Below are positions 54,529 through 62,213 of a stretch of DNA of 64,000 nucleotides, piece by piece. The translations under genes were made by a program, and so were the position numbers. Source of the DNA: an uncultured Nocardioides sp. (GTDB taxonomy: Bacteria; Actinomycetota; Actinomycetes; Propionibacteriales; Nocardioidaceae); the NCBI RefSeq assembly GCF_902805925.1, contig NZ_CADCUP010000192.1, positions 3,830-67,829 of the forward strand. Direction: 5' to 3'. How positions within the stretch are numbered: the first letter of the stretch is position 1; the number at the start of each line of letters is the position of its first letter. Under the pieces are notes generated by a model, which was not told where the DNA came from, ran no database searches, and saw only the letters and a program-made list of their open reading frames with translations.

Positions 54529-55367
54529 GCCTGACGCTCACCGGGCTCAACCTCCACCCCGTCAAGAGCACCGCCGTCCGCCCCGTGACCACCGCGCAGG
54601 TGGTGCCCGCCGGCCTGGTGGACGACCGCACGTGGATCGTCGTCGACGGCGACGACGTGATGGTGACGGCGCGGGGGTCGCGCGAGCTGTTCACCCTCGT
54701 CGCCGACACCCCGGCCACCGACCCCGACCTCACCCGGGCGCTGCGGCTCACGGCGCCCGGCATGCCCGAGCTGCTGCTCGATCAGCCCACCGGTCCGCCG
54801 GCGCCGGTGCGGCTCTTCAGCCAGGACCTTCTCGGCGTGCCGGTCGGCCCGGTCGCCGACGAGTGGCTGCGCACCGCGCTGGGGCGCCCCGGGCTACGGC
54901 TGCTGTGGTGCGACGACCCGACCCGGCGCGGGCTCGACCCGGCGCACACCCGTCCCGGCGACCACACGGCCTACGCCGACGGCTATCCCGTCACCCTCGC
55001 CTCGGAGACCTCGCTCCGGCAGCTGAACGACTGGATCGTCGAGGGGGCCCTCGAGCGCGGGGAGGAGGTGCCCGACCCGCTGCCGATGGCCCGGTTCCGG
55101 CCCAGCCTGGTGATCGACGGCGCCGAGCCCTTCGCCGAGGACCACTGGTCGTGGGTGCAGGTCGGCGAGGTGCGCCTGCGGATGGCGCTGCCCACCGGGC
55201 GGTGCGTCGTGTCCACCATCGACGTCGACTCGCTGGCGACCGGCAAGGAGCCCATCCGCACCCTCGCGAGGCACCGGCGGTCGGCCTCCGGCACGCTCTT
55301 CGCGGTCAACCTGGTTCCGGAGGGCGGCGGCACCCTCCGCGTGGGCGACCCGGTCTCAGTCGGCTGA
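54525..55367 (+). CDS. MOSC domain-containing protein
   Basis: The GTG overlaps the reductase stop (GTGA). It has an N-terminal beta-barrel plus a MOSC domain, with the conserved Cys in LPTGRCVVSTID. Confidence 0.78.
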   Translation: MSLTLTGLNLHPVKSTAVRPVTTAQVVPAGLVDDRTWIVVDGDDVMVTARGSRELFTLVADTPATDPDLTRALRLTAPGMPELLLDQPTGPPAPVRLFSQDLLGVPVGPVADEWLRTALGRPGLRLLWCDDPTRRGLDPAHTRPGDHTAYADGYPVTLASETSLRQLNDWIVEGALERGEEVPDPLPMARFRPSLVIDGAEPFAEDHWSWVQVGEVRLRMALPTGRCVVSTIDVDSLATGKEPIRTLARHRRSASGTLFAVNLVPEGGGTLRVGDPVSVG

Positions 55368-56174
55368 CCGCTCCACCGGGCGGGCCGGGTCGGTGATCCA
55401 GCCGCTCCAGCTCCCGGCGTAGAGCCGCGCCCGGATGCCGGCGACCTCCATCGCCAGCACGTCGTGGGTCGCGGTGACCCCCGAGCCGCAGTACGCCGCC
55501 ACGTCGGCGCCCCGCACCGCTCCCACCGCGGCGTACGTCGCGGCGAGCTCCTCGGCGCTGCGGAAGCGGCCGTCGTCGGCGAGGTTGCGCGACGTGGGCA
55601 CGTTGACCGCCCCCGGGACGTGCCCGGCGACCGGGTCCAGCGGCTCGGTCTCGCCGCGGAAGCGCTCGGGCGCGCGGGCGTCGACCAGCACCGCCACCGC
55701 CGGCACGTCGCCCACCTCGACCACGTCGACCAGCGGCTCGCCGGGCTCGAAGTCGCCGGGCGGCACGGCGGGCGTGCCGGTCTCGACGGCTCCGCCGGCC
55801 GCGCGCCAGGCCGGCCAGGCCCCGTCGAGCACCCGCACGTCGGGGTGCCCGTGGTGGCGCAGCAGCCACCACGCCCGGCCGGCCGCGTGGCCCGACCAGT
55901 CGTCGTACACCACGACGGGGCGAGCGCCGGACACCCCGGCCCGGCGCATGGCAGCGACGAAGTCGTCGCGGGCGGGCAGTGGATGGCGGCCGCCGGCGCC
56001 GGGTGGGCCCGCGAGGTCGCGGTCGAGGTCGACGTACGCCGCACCGGGCACGTGGCCCTCCGCGAACGCCTCGGGCCCGGCGTGCCCGCCGGTGCGGTAG
56101 CGGACGTCCAGCACGCTCACCTCGGGCAGCGTCCGCAGCAGCTCCGCAGCGGAGATCAGGGGTCCGGCGGTCAT
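55356..56174 (-). CDS. rhodanese-family thiosulfate/3-mercaptopyruvate sulfurtransferase
   Basis: It has tandem rhodanese domains and the active-site loop AAYCGSGVTA. The ATG at 56174 has AGGA 7 nt upstream. GTG 56198 is an alternative start. Confidence 0.8.
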   Translation of the reverse strand: MTAGPLISAAELLRTLPEVSVLDVRYRTGGHAGPEAFAEGHVPGAAYVDLDRDLAGPPGAGGRHPLPARDDFVAAMRRAGVSGARPVVVYDDWSGHAAGRAWWLLRHHGHPDVRVLDGAWPAWRAAGGAVETGTPAVPPGDFEPGEPLVDVVEVGDVPAVAVLVDARAPERFRGETEPLDPVAGHVPGAVNVPTSRNLADDGRFRSAEELAATYAAVGAVRGADVAAYCGSGVTATHDVLAMEVAGIRARLYAGSWSGWITDPARPVERSAD

Positions 56175-56218
56175 GGCGACATCCTGCCCGAGGGACACCT
56201 GTGGAAGGATCGTCGACC

Positions 56219-56914
56219 GTGGCTGAACTGCACTTCTTCACCGGCACCATGGACTCCGGCAAGTCGACCCTGGCGCTGCAGACCAACCACAACCACGCCG
56301 CGCGCGGCCGGGTGGGTCGCATCTTCACCACCCACGACCGGGCCGGGGAGGCGATGGTGTCCAGCCGCCTCGGGCTCACCCACGAGGCGCTCGAGGTCGA
56401 CGCCGACTTCGACTTCTGGCGGTACGTCGTCACCACGCTGACCGCCGGCGGCCGGATCGACTACCTCGTCTGCGACGAGGCGCAGTTCTACTCCGTCGAG
56501 CAGATCGACCAGCTCGCCAAGCTCGTCGACGAGCTGCAGATCGACGTGTTCGCCTTCGGCATCCTCACCGACTTCCGCACCCGGCTCTTCCCCGGCTCCG
56601 CCCGTCTCGTGGAGCTCGCCGACCGGGTGAACGTGCTGCAGGTCGAGGCGCTGTGCTGGTGCGGCAAGCGGGCCACCCACAACGCCCGCACCGAGGACGG
56701 CATCATGGTGGTCGAGGGCGAGGTGATCGTGGTCGGGGACGTCGGGGACGACCGAGCCGGGCGACCGGGGTCCGCGCGGAGCACGCGTCACGACGGCGAC
56801 CCGCCGGCCGACGTCGCCTACGAGGTGCTGTGCCGCCAGCACCACCGGCGCCGCCTCACCGCGGCGCGCGCCACCGCCGTGAGCCTGGCGCCGGAGCCGC
56901 TGCCGTTCGGGTGA
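56219..56914 (+). CDS. tdk: thymidine kinase
   Basis: The GTG at 56219 has GGAAGGA upstream. It carries the P-loop FTGTMDSGKST, the motif VCDEAQF, and zinc ligands CWCG...CRQH. Confidence 0.85.
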   Translation: MAELHFFTGTMDSGKSTLALQTNHNHAARGRVGRIFTTHDRAGEAMVSSRLGLTHEALEVDADFDFWRYVVTTLTAGGRIDYLVCDEAQFYSVEQIDQLAKLVDELQIDVFAFGILTDFRTRLFPGSARLVELADRVNVLQVEALCWCGKRATHNARTEDGIMVVEGEVIVVGDVGDDRAGRPGSARSTRHDGDPPADVAYEVLCRQHHRRRLTAARATAVSLAPEPLPFG

Positions 56915-57006
56915 GGGGGCGGTCGGGATCCCCGGATATCCGGGGATCGCCGCGGTTCGAGGGGGTTGCAACGGCTACGAACCGCAAGGAGACCCCACGA
57001 ACCTCA
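56912..57006. repeat. mosaic intergenic repeat, copy 2 (same palindrome; hairpin module inverted)
   Basis: The palindrome GATCCCCGGATATCCGGGGATC lies at 56927-56948. The hairpin module CGGTTCGAGGGGGTTGCAACGGCTACGAACCG lies at 56953-56984. Its inner 17 nt are the exact reverse complement of 43811-43827. Confidence 0.9.
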
Positions 57007-58119
57007 GCTCACCAGGATGGGGATCAGCATCTCCGCGGGCGTGAGCGAGCCGTGCAGGCCCACCAGCGTGTTCTCGTAGGGGAAGTCGACGGTGGACACG
57101 ACGGCGGTCTCGTCGCGGCAGGCGACCAGGACGTCCCCGATCCGCGGCAGCACGTCAGGGGTCATCGCGCCGAACCACCCCCGGCGTACGGCGTCCTCGC
57201 GGGTGAGCACCTCGGCCCGCTCGCCCAGCACCTCGCGCCAGGTCGCGAGCACGTCGTCGACCGCACCCCCGGCGCAGTAGAGGTGGCGGAACCGCGCCTC
57301 GCCCCCCAGCAGCGAGACGCCGTCGCGCAGCTCGCGCCGCTCGTCGACGTCGACGCGGGCCGACTGGGGGCTGTCGACCATGCCGTGGTCGGCCACCACC
57401 AGCAGCCGCACGGCGGGGGGCAGGGCCTCACGCAGCTGCTCTGCCTCGGCGTCGACCATCGACAGCTGCTGGAGCCACGGGGTGGAGGCGACGCCGAACT
57501 TGTGGCCGGTCCAGTCGAGGTCGCTGTCGTAGACGTAGGTCAGCGAGGGGCGGGCGGCGGACGCGGCCAGCACCGCGGCGATCCGCTCTCCCACCCGGTC
57601 CGCCCCCACGAACTCGGCACCGCGGTGGGCGGCGAGGGTCAGCCCGCTGTCGCGGAAGTCGCGCTTGTTGACGACCGTGGTCGCCACCCCGGCGGCGACC
57701 AGCCGGGAGAACGCGGTCGGGTGCGGCTGCCACTCCAGCGGGTCGACGTCCCGGGGCCAGGAGAGCGCGTTGAGGAGCCGGTCGGTGCCGGGGACGCGCG
57801 AGGTGAACCCGACCAGCCCGTGGGAGCCGGGCACGAGGCCGGTGCCCAGCGAGGTCAGGCTCGTGGCCGTGGTCGACGGCACGCCGGCGGTGCCGGACTC
57901 CTGGTCCTCCAGCAGCGAGGACAGGAACGGCGCGGAGTGGGCGTAGCGGCGCAGCAGCTCGGCGCCCAGCCCGTCGACGAGGAACACCACGTACGACGCC
58001 GCCTCCGGCAGCACGAGCCGCGTCGGCGGGTCGCCCAGCGGCCGGCCGAGGGCAGCGGCGACCGCAGGCACCACGTCGCCGAGCGAGCGCTCGCCGTAGG
58101 CCGGCTCGACGAAGGTCAT
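57004..58119 (-). CDS. alkaline-phosphatase-superfamily protein (nucleotide pyrophosphatase/phosphodiesterase-like)
   Basis: The ATG at 58119 overlaps the DUF5998-like stop (ATGA). Metal-site-like motifs VVFLVDGLGAE, PSTTATSLTSLGTG and VVADHGM are present. Confidence 0.72.
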   Translation of the reverse strand: MTFVEPAYGERSLGDVVPAVAAALGRPLGDPPTRLVLPEAASYVVFLVDGLGAELLRRYAHSAPFLSSLLEDQESGTAGVPSTTATSLTSLGTGLVPGSHGLVGFTSRVPGTDRLLNALSWPRDVDPLEWQPHPTAFSRLVAAGVATTVVNKRDFRDSGLTLAAHRGAEFVGADRVGERIAAVLAASAARPSLTYVYDSDLDWTGHKFGVASTPWLQQLSMVDAEAEQLREALPPAVRLLVVADHGMVDSPQSARVDVDERRELRDGVSLLGGEARFRHLYCAGGAVDDVLATWREVLGERAEVLTREDAVRRGWFGAMTPDVLPRIGDVLVACRDETAVVSTVDFPYENTLVGLHGSLTPAEMLIPILVS

Positions 58120-58715
58120 GCCCCGCGGGTGCGGGCGGAGAGGGCCTCGGCGAAGGCGAGCAGCCCGACGACGGCGTCCTTGCCGTCGGCGGCCGCGGAG
58201 ACGCGGAGCGAGAAGTCGTCGCCGGCCAGGACGCCGGTGTAGCCGTGGTCGGCGTCGCACTCCGGGTCGGAGCAGTCGGCGGGCTCGAGGTCGATGCGGC
58301 CGGCACCGCCCCAGCCGATGGTGAGCACCGCCTCGGCGGCCGGCGCGGGCCCGCCCGTGGGGTTGGCGACCATGCGGGTCACCACCACCGACCGCACCGA
58401 CGACAGGGCGATGGCCTCGGTGGAGGTGGAGGTGTAGGGCTCGGGCAGCAGGTCGTCGCCGGGGTGCTCGTCGGTGTGGGCCAGCACCAGGCGGGTGGGC
58501 GTGAGGACCACCACGGTGAGGTGGCGGCGTACCTCGTCGCGCTCGAAGGTCGGCTCGTGGTGGACGTACCACGAGGCGACGTCCTCGCCCCCGATCGCCG
58601 AGAAGACCCCGTCGGCCACGACGTCGGGGTAGTAGCCCGTCCGGTCGATGGCACCCCGCAGCTCGCGGGCGCGGTCCTTCTCGTCAGGGGCGTGGGAGGC
58701 GGTCCTGCTGCGCAT
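58116..58715 (-). CDS. DUF5998-like conserved actinobacterial protein
   Basis: 199 aa, translationally coupled to the AlkP-family gene. The family name is recalled from similar neighbourhoods. Confidence 0.6.
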   Translation of the reverse strand: MRSRTASHAPDEKDRARELRGAIDRTGYYPDVVADGVFSAIGGEDVASWYVHHEPTFERDEVRRHLTVVVLTPTRLVLAHTDEHPGDDLLPEPYTSTSTEAIALSSVRSVVVTRMVANPTGGPAPAAEAVLTIGWGGAGRIDLEPADCSDPECDADHGYTGVLAGDDFSLRVSAAADGKDAVVGLLAFAEALSARTRGA

Positions 58716-58752
58716 GGGGCCAGTCTGTCACGCACGGCCGGGGCGACCTTCG

Positions 58753-59376
58753 TCAGAAGGTGTAGCCGAAGGCCTCGACGTCGTCGGCGAACACCTCGGC
58801 CACCCGGTCGCGCATCTGCGGGGTGTAGGCCTCCCGGTGGTCGCGTGCCACCGACGCGTTGTCGCGCGGCACCCGGGCCACCGGCGGCAGGCCGAGGTAT
58901 TCGACGATGGCGGCGACGTCGGCGTCGAAGGTCTCCTGCCGGCCGATGAAGTCGGCGCGGCGGGTGGGCGTCGCGAGGTAGGCCAGCTGCGGGGTCCGCA
59001 GCCGGGGGCGCTCCCGGGTCCCGCGGAGCACGAACGCCTCGAAGTCGGCGTACTCGCGGGCGACGACGGCGAGGAACCCCCGGCCGCTCAGGAACGCCTG
59101 CGCCTTGGGCGAGCCCCTCTCGGCGAGGTCGCGGAACCGCTCGACCATGCTCCACCACGACAGCAGCCGGGCCCACGGGTTGCGCACCACGCCGGCCACC
59201 CAGTACGCCGCCAGCGCCGGCTCGGCGGCCAGCACCTGCTCCAGCCGGGCGTGGCGGGTCAGGCCGTCGAGCGAGCGCGCGTCGGGCAGCTGGGGGCGGA
59301 GCAGCCCGTCGATGGTGACGCCGCCGGTCTTCTGCACGTGCACGAACAGGAAGCGGTGGGCGTCGGAGACCAGCAC
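58753..59376 (-). CDS. sulfotransferase family protein
   Basis: It has an N-terminal PAPS-binding-like loop FVHVQKTGGVT and an RHARL motif. Length is 207 aa. Confidence 0.65.
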   Translation of the reverse strand: MLVSDAHRFLFVHVQKTGGVTIDGLLRPQLPDARSLDGLTRHARLEQVLAAEPALAAYWVAGVVRNPWARLLSWWSMVERFRDLAERGSPKAQAFLSGRGFLAVVAREYADFEAFVLRGTRERPRLRTPQLAYLATPTRRADFIGRQETFDADVAAIVEYLGLPPVARVPRDNASVARDHREAYTPQMRDRVAEVFADDVEAFGYTF

Positions 59377-59386
59377 GGCCGCGAGC

Positions 59387-62077
59387 CTAGTCGGGCAGGG
59401 TGTCGCCCGGCGGCGCGGTCAGCCGGCGCACGAACCAGTCCGAGCGCGGGTCGAGCACCGGCTCGATGTGGACCGCGGCCCCGAGCACCGTGGCCCCGGT
59501 CGCGCCGGCCAGGACGAGCGGCAGGTCGAGGGCGCGGATCTGCGGGAGGTCGTGCTGGAGCTGGGCGACCCGGCGGACGATCCGCTCGATCTCGGCGACG
59601 TCGACGATCTCGCTGCCGCGGTAGCCGAAGAGCAGCGGCGAGGCCTTGATCTCCCGCACCATGTCCTGGGCATCGTGCTCGGCCAGCGGCGGGATCCGGA
59701 AGGCGCGGTCGCCCAGGAGCTCGGTGAGCGGCCCGCCGATGCCGAAGGAGATGACCGGCCCGAAGAGCGGGTCCTCCAGGGTGGCCAGGCTCACCGGCAC
59801 GCCGGGAGGCGCGTTCTTCTGCACCACGAACCCGGCGCGCCCGGGGTCGGTGATCACGCCGTTCAGCGCGACCCACGCGTGGGCCATCTCGTCGGCGTCG
59901 TCGATGTTGCGCCACACGTGGGCCAGGTCGGGGCGGTGTCGCAGGTGGTCGGCGGTGGCCTTGAGGACGACGTCCCAGCCGAGCCGGTCCCCCGCCTCCC
60001 GGGCCTCCTCCAGCGAGGAGACCGACGTCGTCTCCCACAGGTTGACGCCGTACGCCGCGAGCAGCTCGTGCGCCTCGTGGTGGGTGAGGTCGTGACCGTC
60101 CCGGTGGCGCAGAAGCAGCTCGTTGACGAGCCGCTTGGCCCGCACCCGGTCGACGAGGTCGGCATCGGCGGCGTGGCTGTCGGGGATGCGCAGCCACACG
60201 GCGTACTGCACGACCCGTGCCAGGGCGCGGACCGCCGCCTCCACCGCGGGGTACGACGGCACCGAGCCGCGGCCGGCGGTGGAGCCGGCCACGTCGGGCA
60301 CCCGCAGCAGCTCGGGCACGCCCTCGGCGCCGAGGAAGGTGGAGACCAGGGGCTTGTCGGACTGCTCGCCCACCGCGGCCAGCACGTTGGCGACGTCCTC
60401 GCCGGAGACGTTCAGCGGCGGGATGTAGATGACCACGACCGCGTCGACCTCGGGGTCGTCGATCGCGGCGTCGAGGGCGTCCTCGAAGTCCTCGGCGTTG
60501 GCGTCGGCGCCCAGCGGGACCTGCTTGTTGACCACCAGCCCCACCGCGGCGGCGGCGTCGATGGCGAGCAGGCCGAGGGCGTCGGAGTTGCCCACCACCG
60601 CGACCCGGCGCCCGCGCGGCAGCGGCTGGTGGGCGAGCAGCTGGGCGACGTCGAACATCTCGTCGAGGGTGTCGACCTGGATGACGCCGGCCTGCTTGAA
60701 CATCGCGTCGACGGCCTGCTGCGGCGCCGCGATCCTGCGCACGGCGTGGCCCATGGGCACGCCCTGGGTGGTGCGGCCGGAGCGCACCGCGATCACGGGC
60801 TTGCGCCGCGAGACCCGGCGGGCGATGCGGGAGAACTTGCGCGGGTTGCCGATCGACTCGAGGTAGAGCAGCACCACCTCGGTGGAGTCGTCCTTCTCCC
60901 AGTACTGCAGCAGGTCGTTGCCCGAGACGTCGGCGCGGTTGCCGGCGCTGACGAACGTCGAGATGCCCAGGCCGCGGTTCTGCACCTTCTCCAGGATCGC
61001 CGAGCCGAGTGCGCCGGACTGGCAGAAGAAGCCGGCGCGACCGCGCGGCGGCATCACCGACGACAGCGAGGCGTTGAGCGCCACCGCCGGGTCGGTGTTG
61101 ATGACGCCGAGGGCGTTGGGGCCGATCAGCCGCAGGCCGTAGGAGCGGGAGAGGCCCACGAGCCGGCGCTGCCGCACCCGGCCCTCGTGGCCGGTCTCGG
61201 CGAAGCCGGAGGAGATGACCACCAGCCCGTGCACGCCCTTGGCCGCGCAGTCGAGCACCACGTCGTGGACGGCCTCGGCCGGCACCGCCACGATCGCCAC
61301 GTCGACGTCGCCGGGGATCTCCGAGACCGTGGGGTACGTCGGCAGGCCGGACACCGCGTCGGCGCTGGGGTGGACGGCGTACACCCGACCGGCGAAGTCG
61401 CCGGTGACCAGGTTGCGCACCAGGGCGCGCCCGATGGTGTCCTGCCGGCGGCTGGCCCCGACGACCGCGACCGACCGCGGGTTGAAGAACTTCTCGATGG
61501 AGGCCGACTCGGCGCGGTGCTCGCGCTGCTCCATCACCCCGATCGCGGTGTCGGTGGGGTCGATGTCGAAGACCAGGCGCACCACGCCGTCCTCGTAGTC
61601 GCTGGCCACCTGGTAGCCGGCGTCGCGGAAGGTGCGGATCATCGCGTGGTTGTCGGGCAGCACGTCGGCCACGAACCGCTCGACGCCCCGCTCGCGCCCC
61701 GCCTGGGAGAGGTGCTCCAGCAGCAGCTGGCCGATGCCGCGGCCCTGGTGCCGGTCCTCGACGAGGAACGCGACCTCCGCCTGGCCGGGGGCGACGAGGT
61801 CGTACCGGCCGACGGCGATCATGTTGCCGCCGACGGTGAGGATGAACGCGACCCGGTCGGTGTAGTCGACCCGGGTGAACCGCTCGATGTCCTTGGGCGA
61901 GAGCTCGGGCATCGCGGAGAAGAAGCGGTAGTACTTCGACTCCGCCGAGACGCGGGAGTAGAACTCCACGAGCAGGGCGGCGTCGTCGGGCCGGATCGGC
62001 CTGATGTGGGCGACGCGACCGTCGCGCAGCAGCACGTCGGCCTCCCAGTGTCGGGGGGCTGAGGTCTGGGTGGGCAC
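59387..62077 (-). CDS. bifunctional GNAT acetyltransferase / NDP-forming acyl-CoA synthetase-like protein (Pat-type protein lysine acetyltransferase, actinobacterial domain order)
   Basis: The N-terminal GNAT domain carries HQGRGIGQLLLEHL. A CoA-binding domain (SVAVVGASRR), succinyl-CoA-synthetase-like domains and an ATP-grasp domain follow. Length is 896 aa. Confidence 0.85.
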   Translation of the reverse strand: MPTQTSAPRHWEADVLLRDGRVAHIRPIRPDDAALLVEFYSRVSAESKYYRFFSAMPELSPKDIERFTRVDYTDRVAFILTVGGNMIAVGRYDLVAPGQAEVAFLVEDRHQGRGIGQLLLEHLSQAGRERGVERFVADVLPDNHAMIRTFRDAGYQVASDYEDGVVRLVFDIDPTDTAIGVMEQREHRAESASIEKFFNPRSVAVVGASRRQDTIGRALVRNLVTGDFAGRVYAVHPSADAVSGLPTYPTVSEIPGDVDVAIVAVPAEAVHDVVLDCAAKGVHGLVVISSGFAETGHEGRVRQRRLVGLSRSYGLRLIGPNALGVINTDPAVALNASLSSVMPPRGRAGFFCQSGALGSAILEKVQNRGLGISTFVSAGNRADVSGNDLLQYWEKDDSTEVVLLYLESIGNPRKFSRIARRVSRRKPVIAVRSGRTTQGVPMGHAVRRIAAPQQAVDAMFKQAGVIQVDTLDEMFDVAQLLAHQPLPRGRRVAVVGNSDALGLLAIDAAAAVGLVVNKQVPLGADANAEDFEDALDAAIDDPEVDAVVVIYIPPLNVSGEDVANVLAAVGEQSDKPLVSTFLGAEGVPELLRVPDVAGSTAGRGSVPSYPAVEAAVRALARVVQYAVWLRIPDSHAADADLVDRVRAKRLVNELLLRHRDGHDLTHHEAHELLAAYGVNLWETTSVSSLEEAREAGDRLGWDVVLKATADHLRHRPDLAHVWRNIDDADEMAHAWVALNGVITDPGRAGFVVQKNAPPGVPVSLATLEDPLFGPVISFGIGGPLTELLGDRAFRIPPLAEHDAQDMVREIKASPLLFGYRGSEIVDVAEIERIVRRVAQLQHDLPQIRALDLPLVLAGATGATVLGAAVHIEPVLDPRSDWFVRRLTAPPGDTLPD

Positions 62078-62213
62078 GGGGCGAATCTATCCGGTCCAGA
62101 TGTCCGGGGAGTGACGATCGCCGGGCCGGTCGAGGGCTCGTCGCGCCAACCGGGCGGGCGGCGACGGCGTGCCCGGCGCCGCAGCGCCGCTCCCGGCGTG
62201 GAGAATGCGCCCC

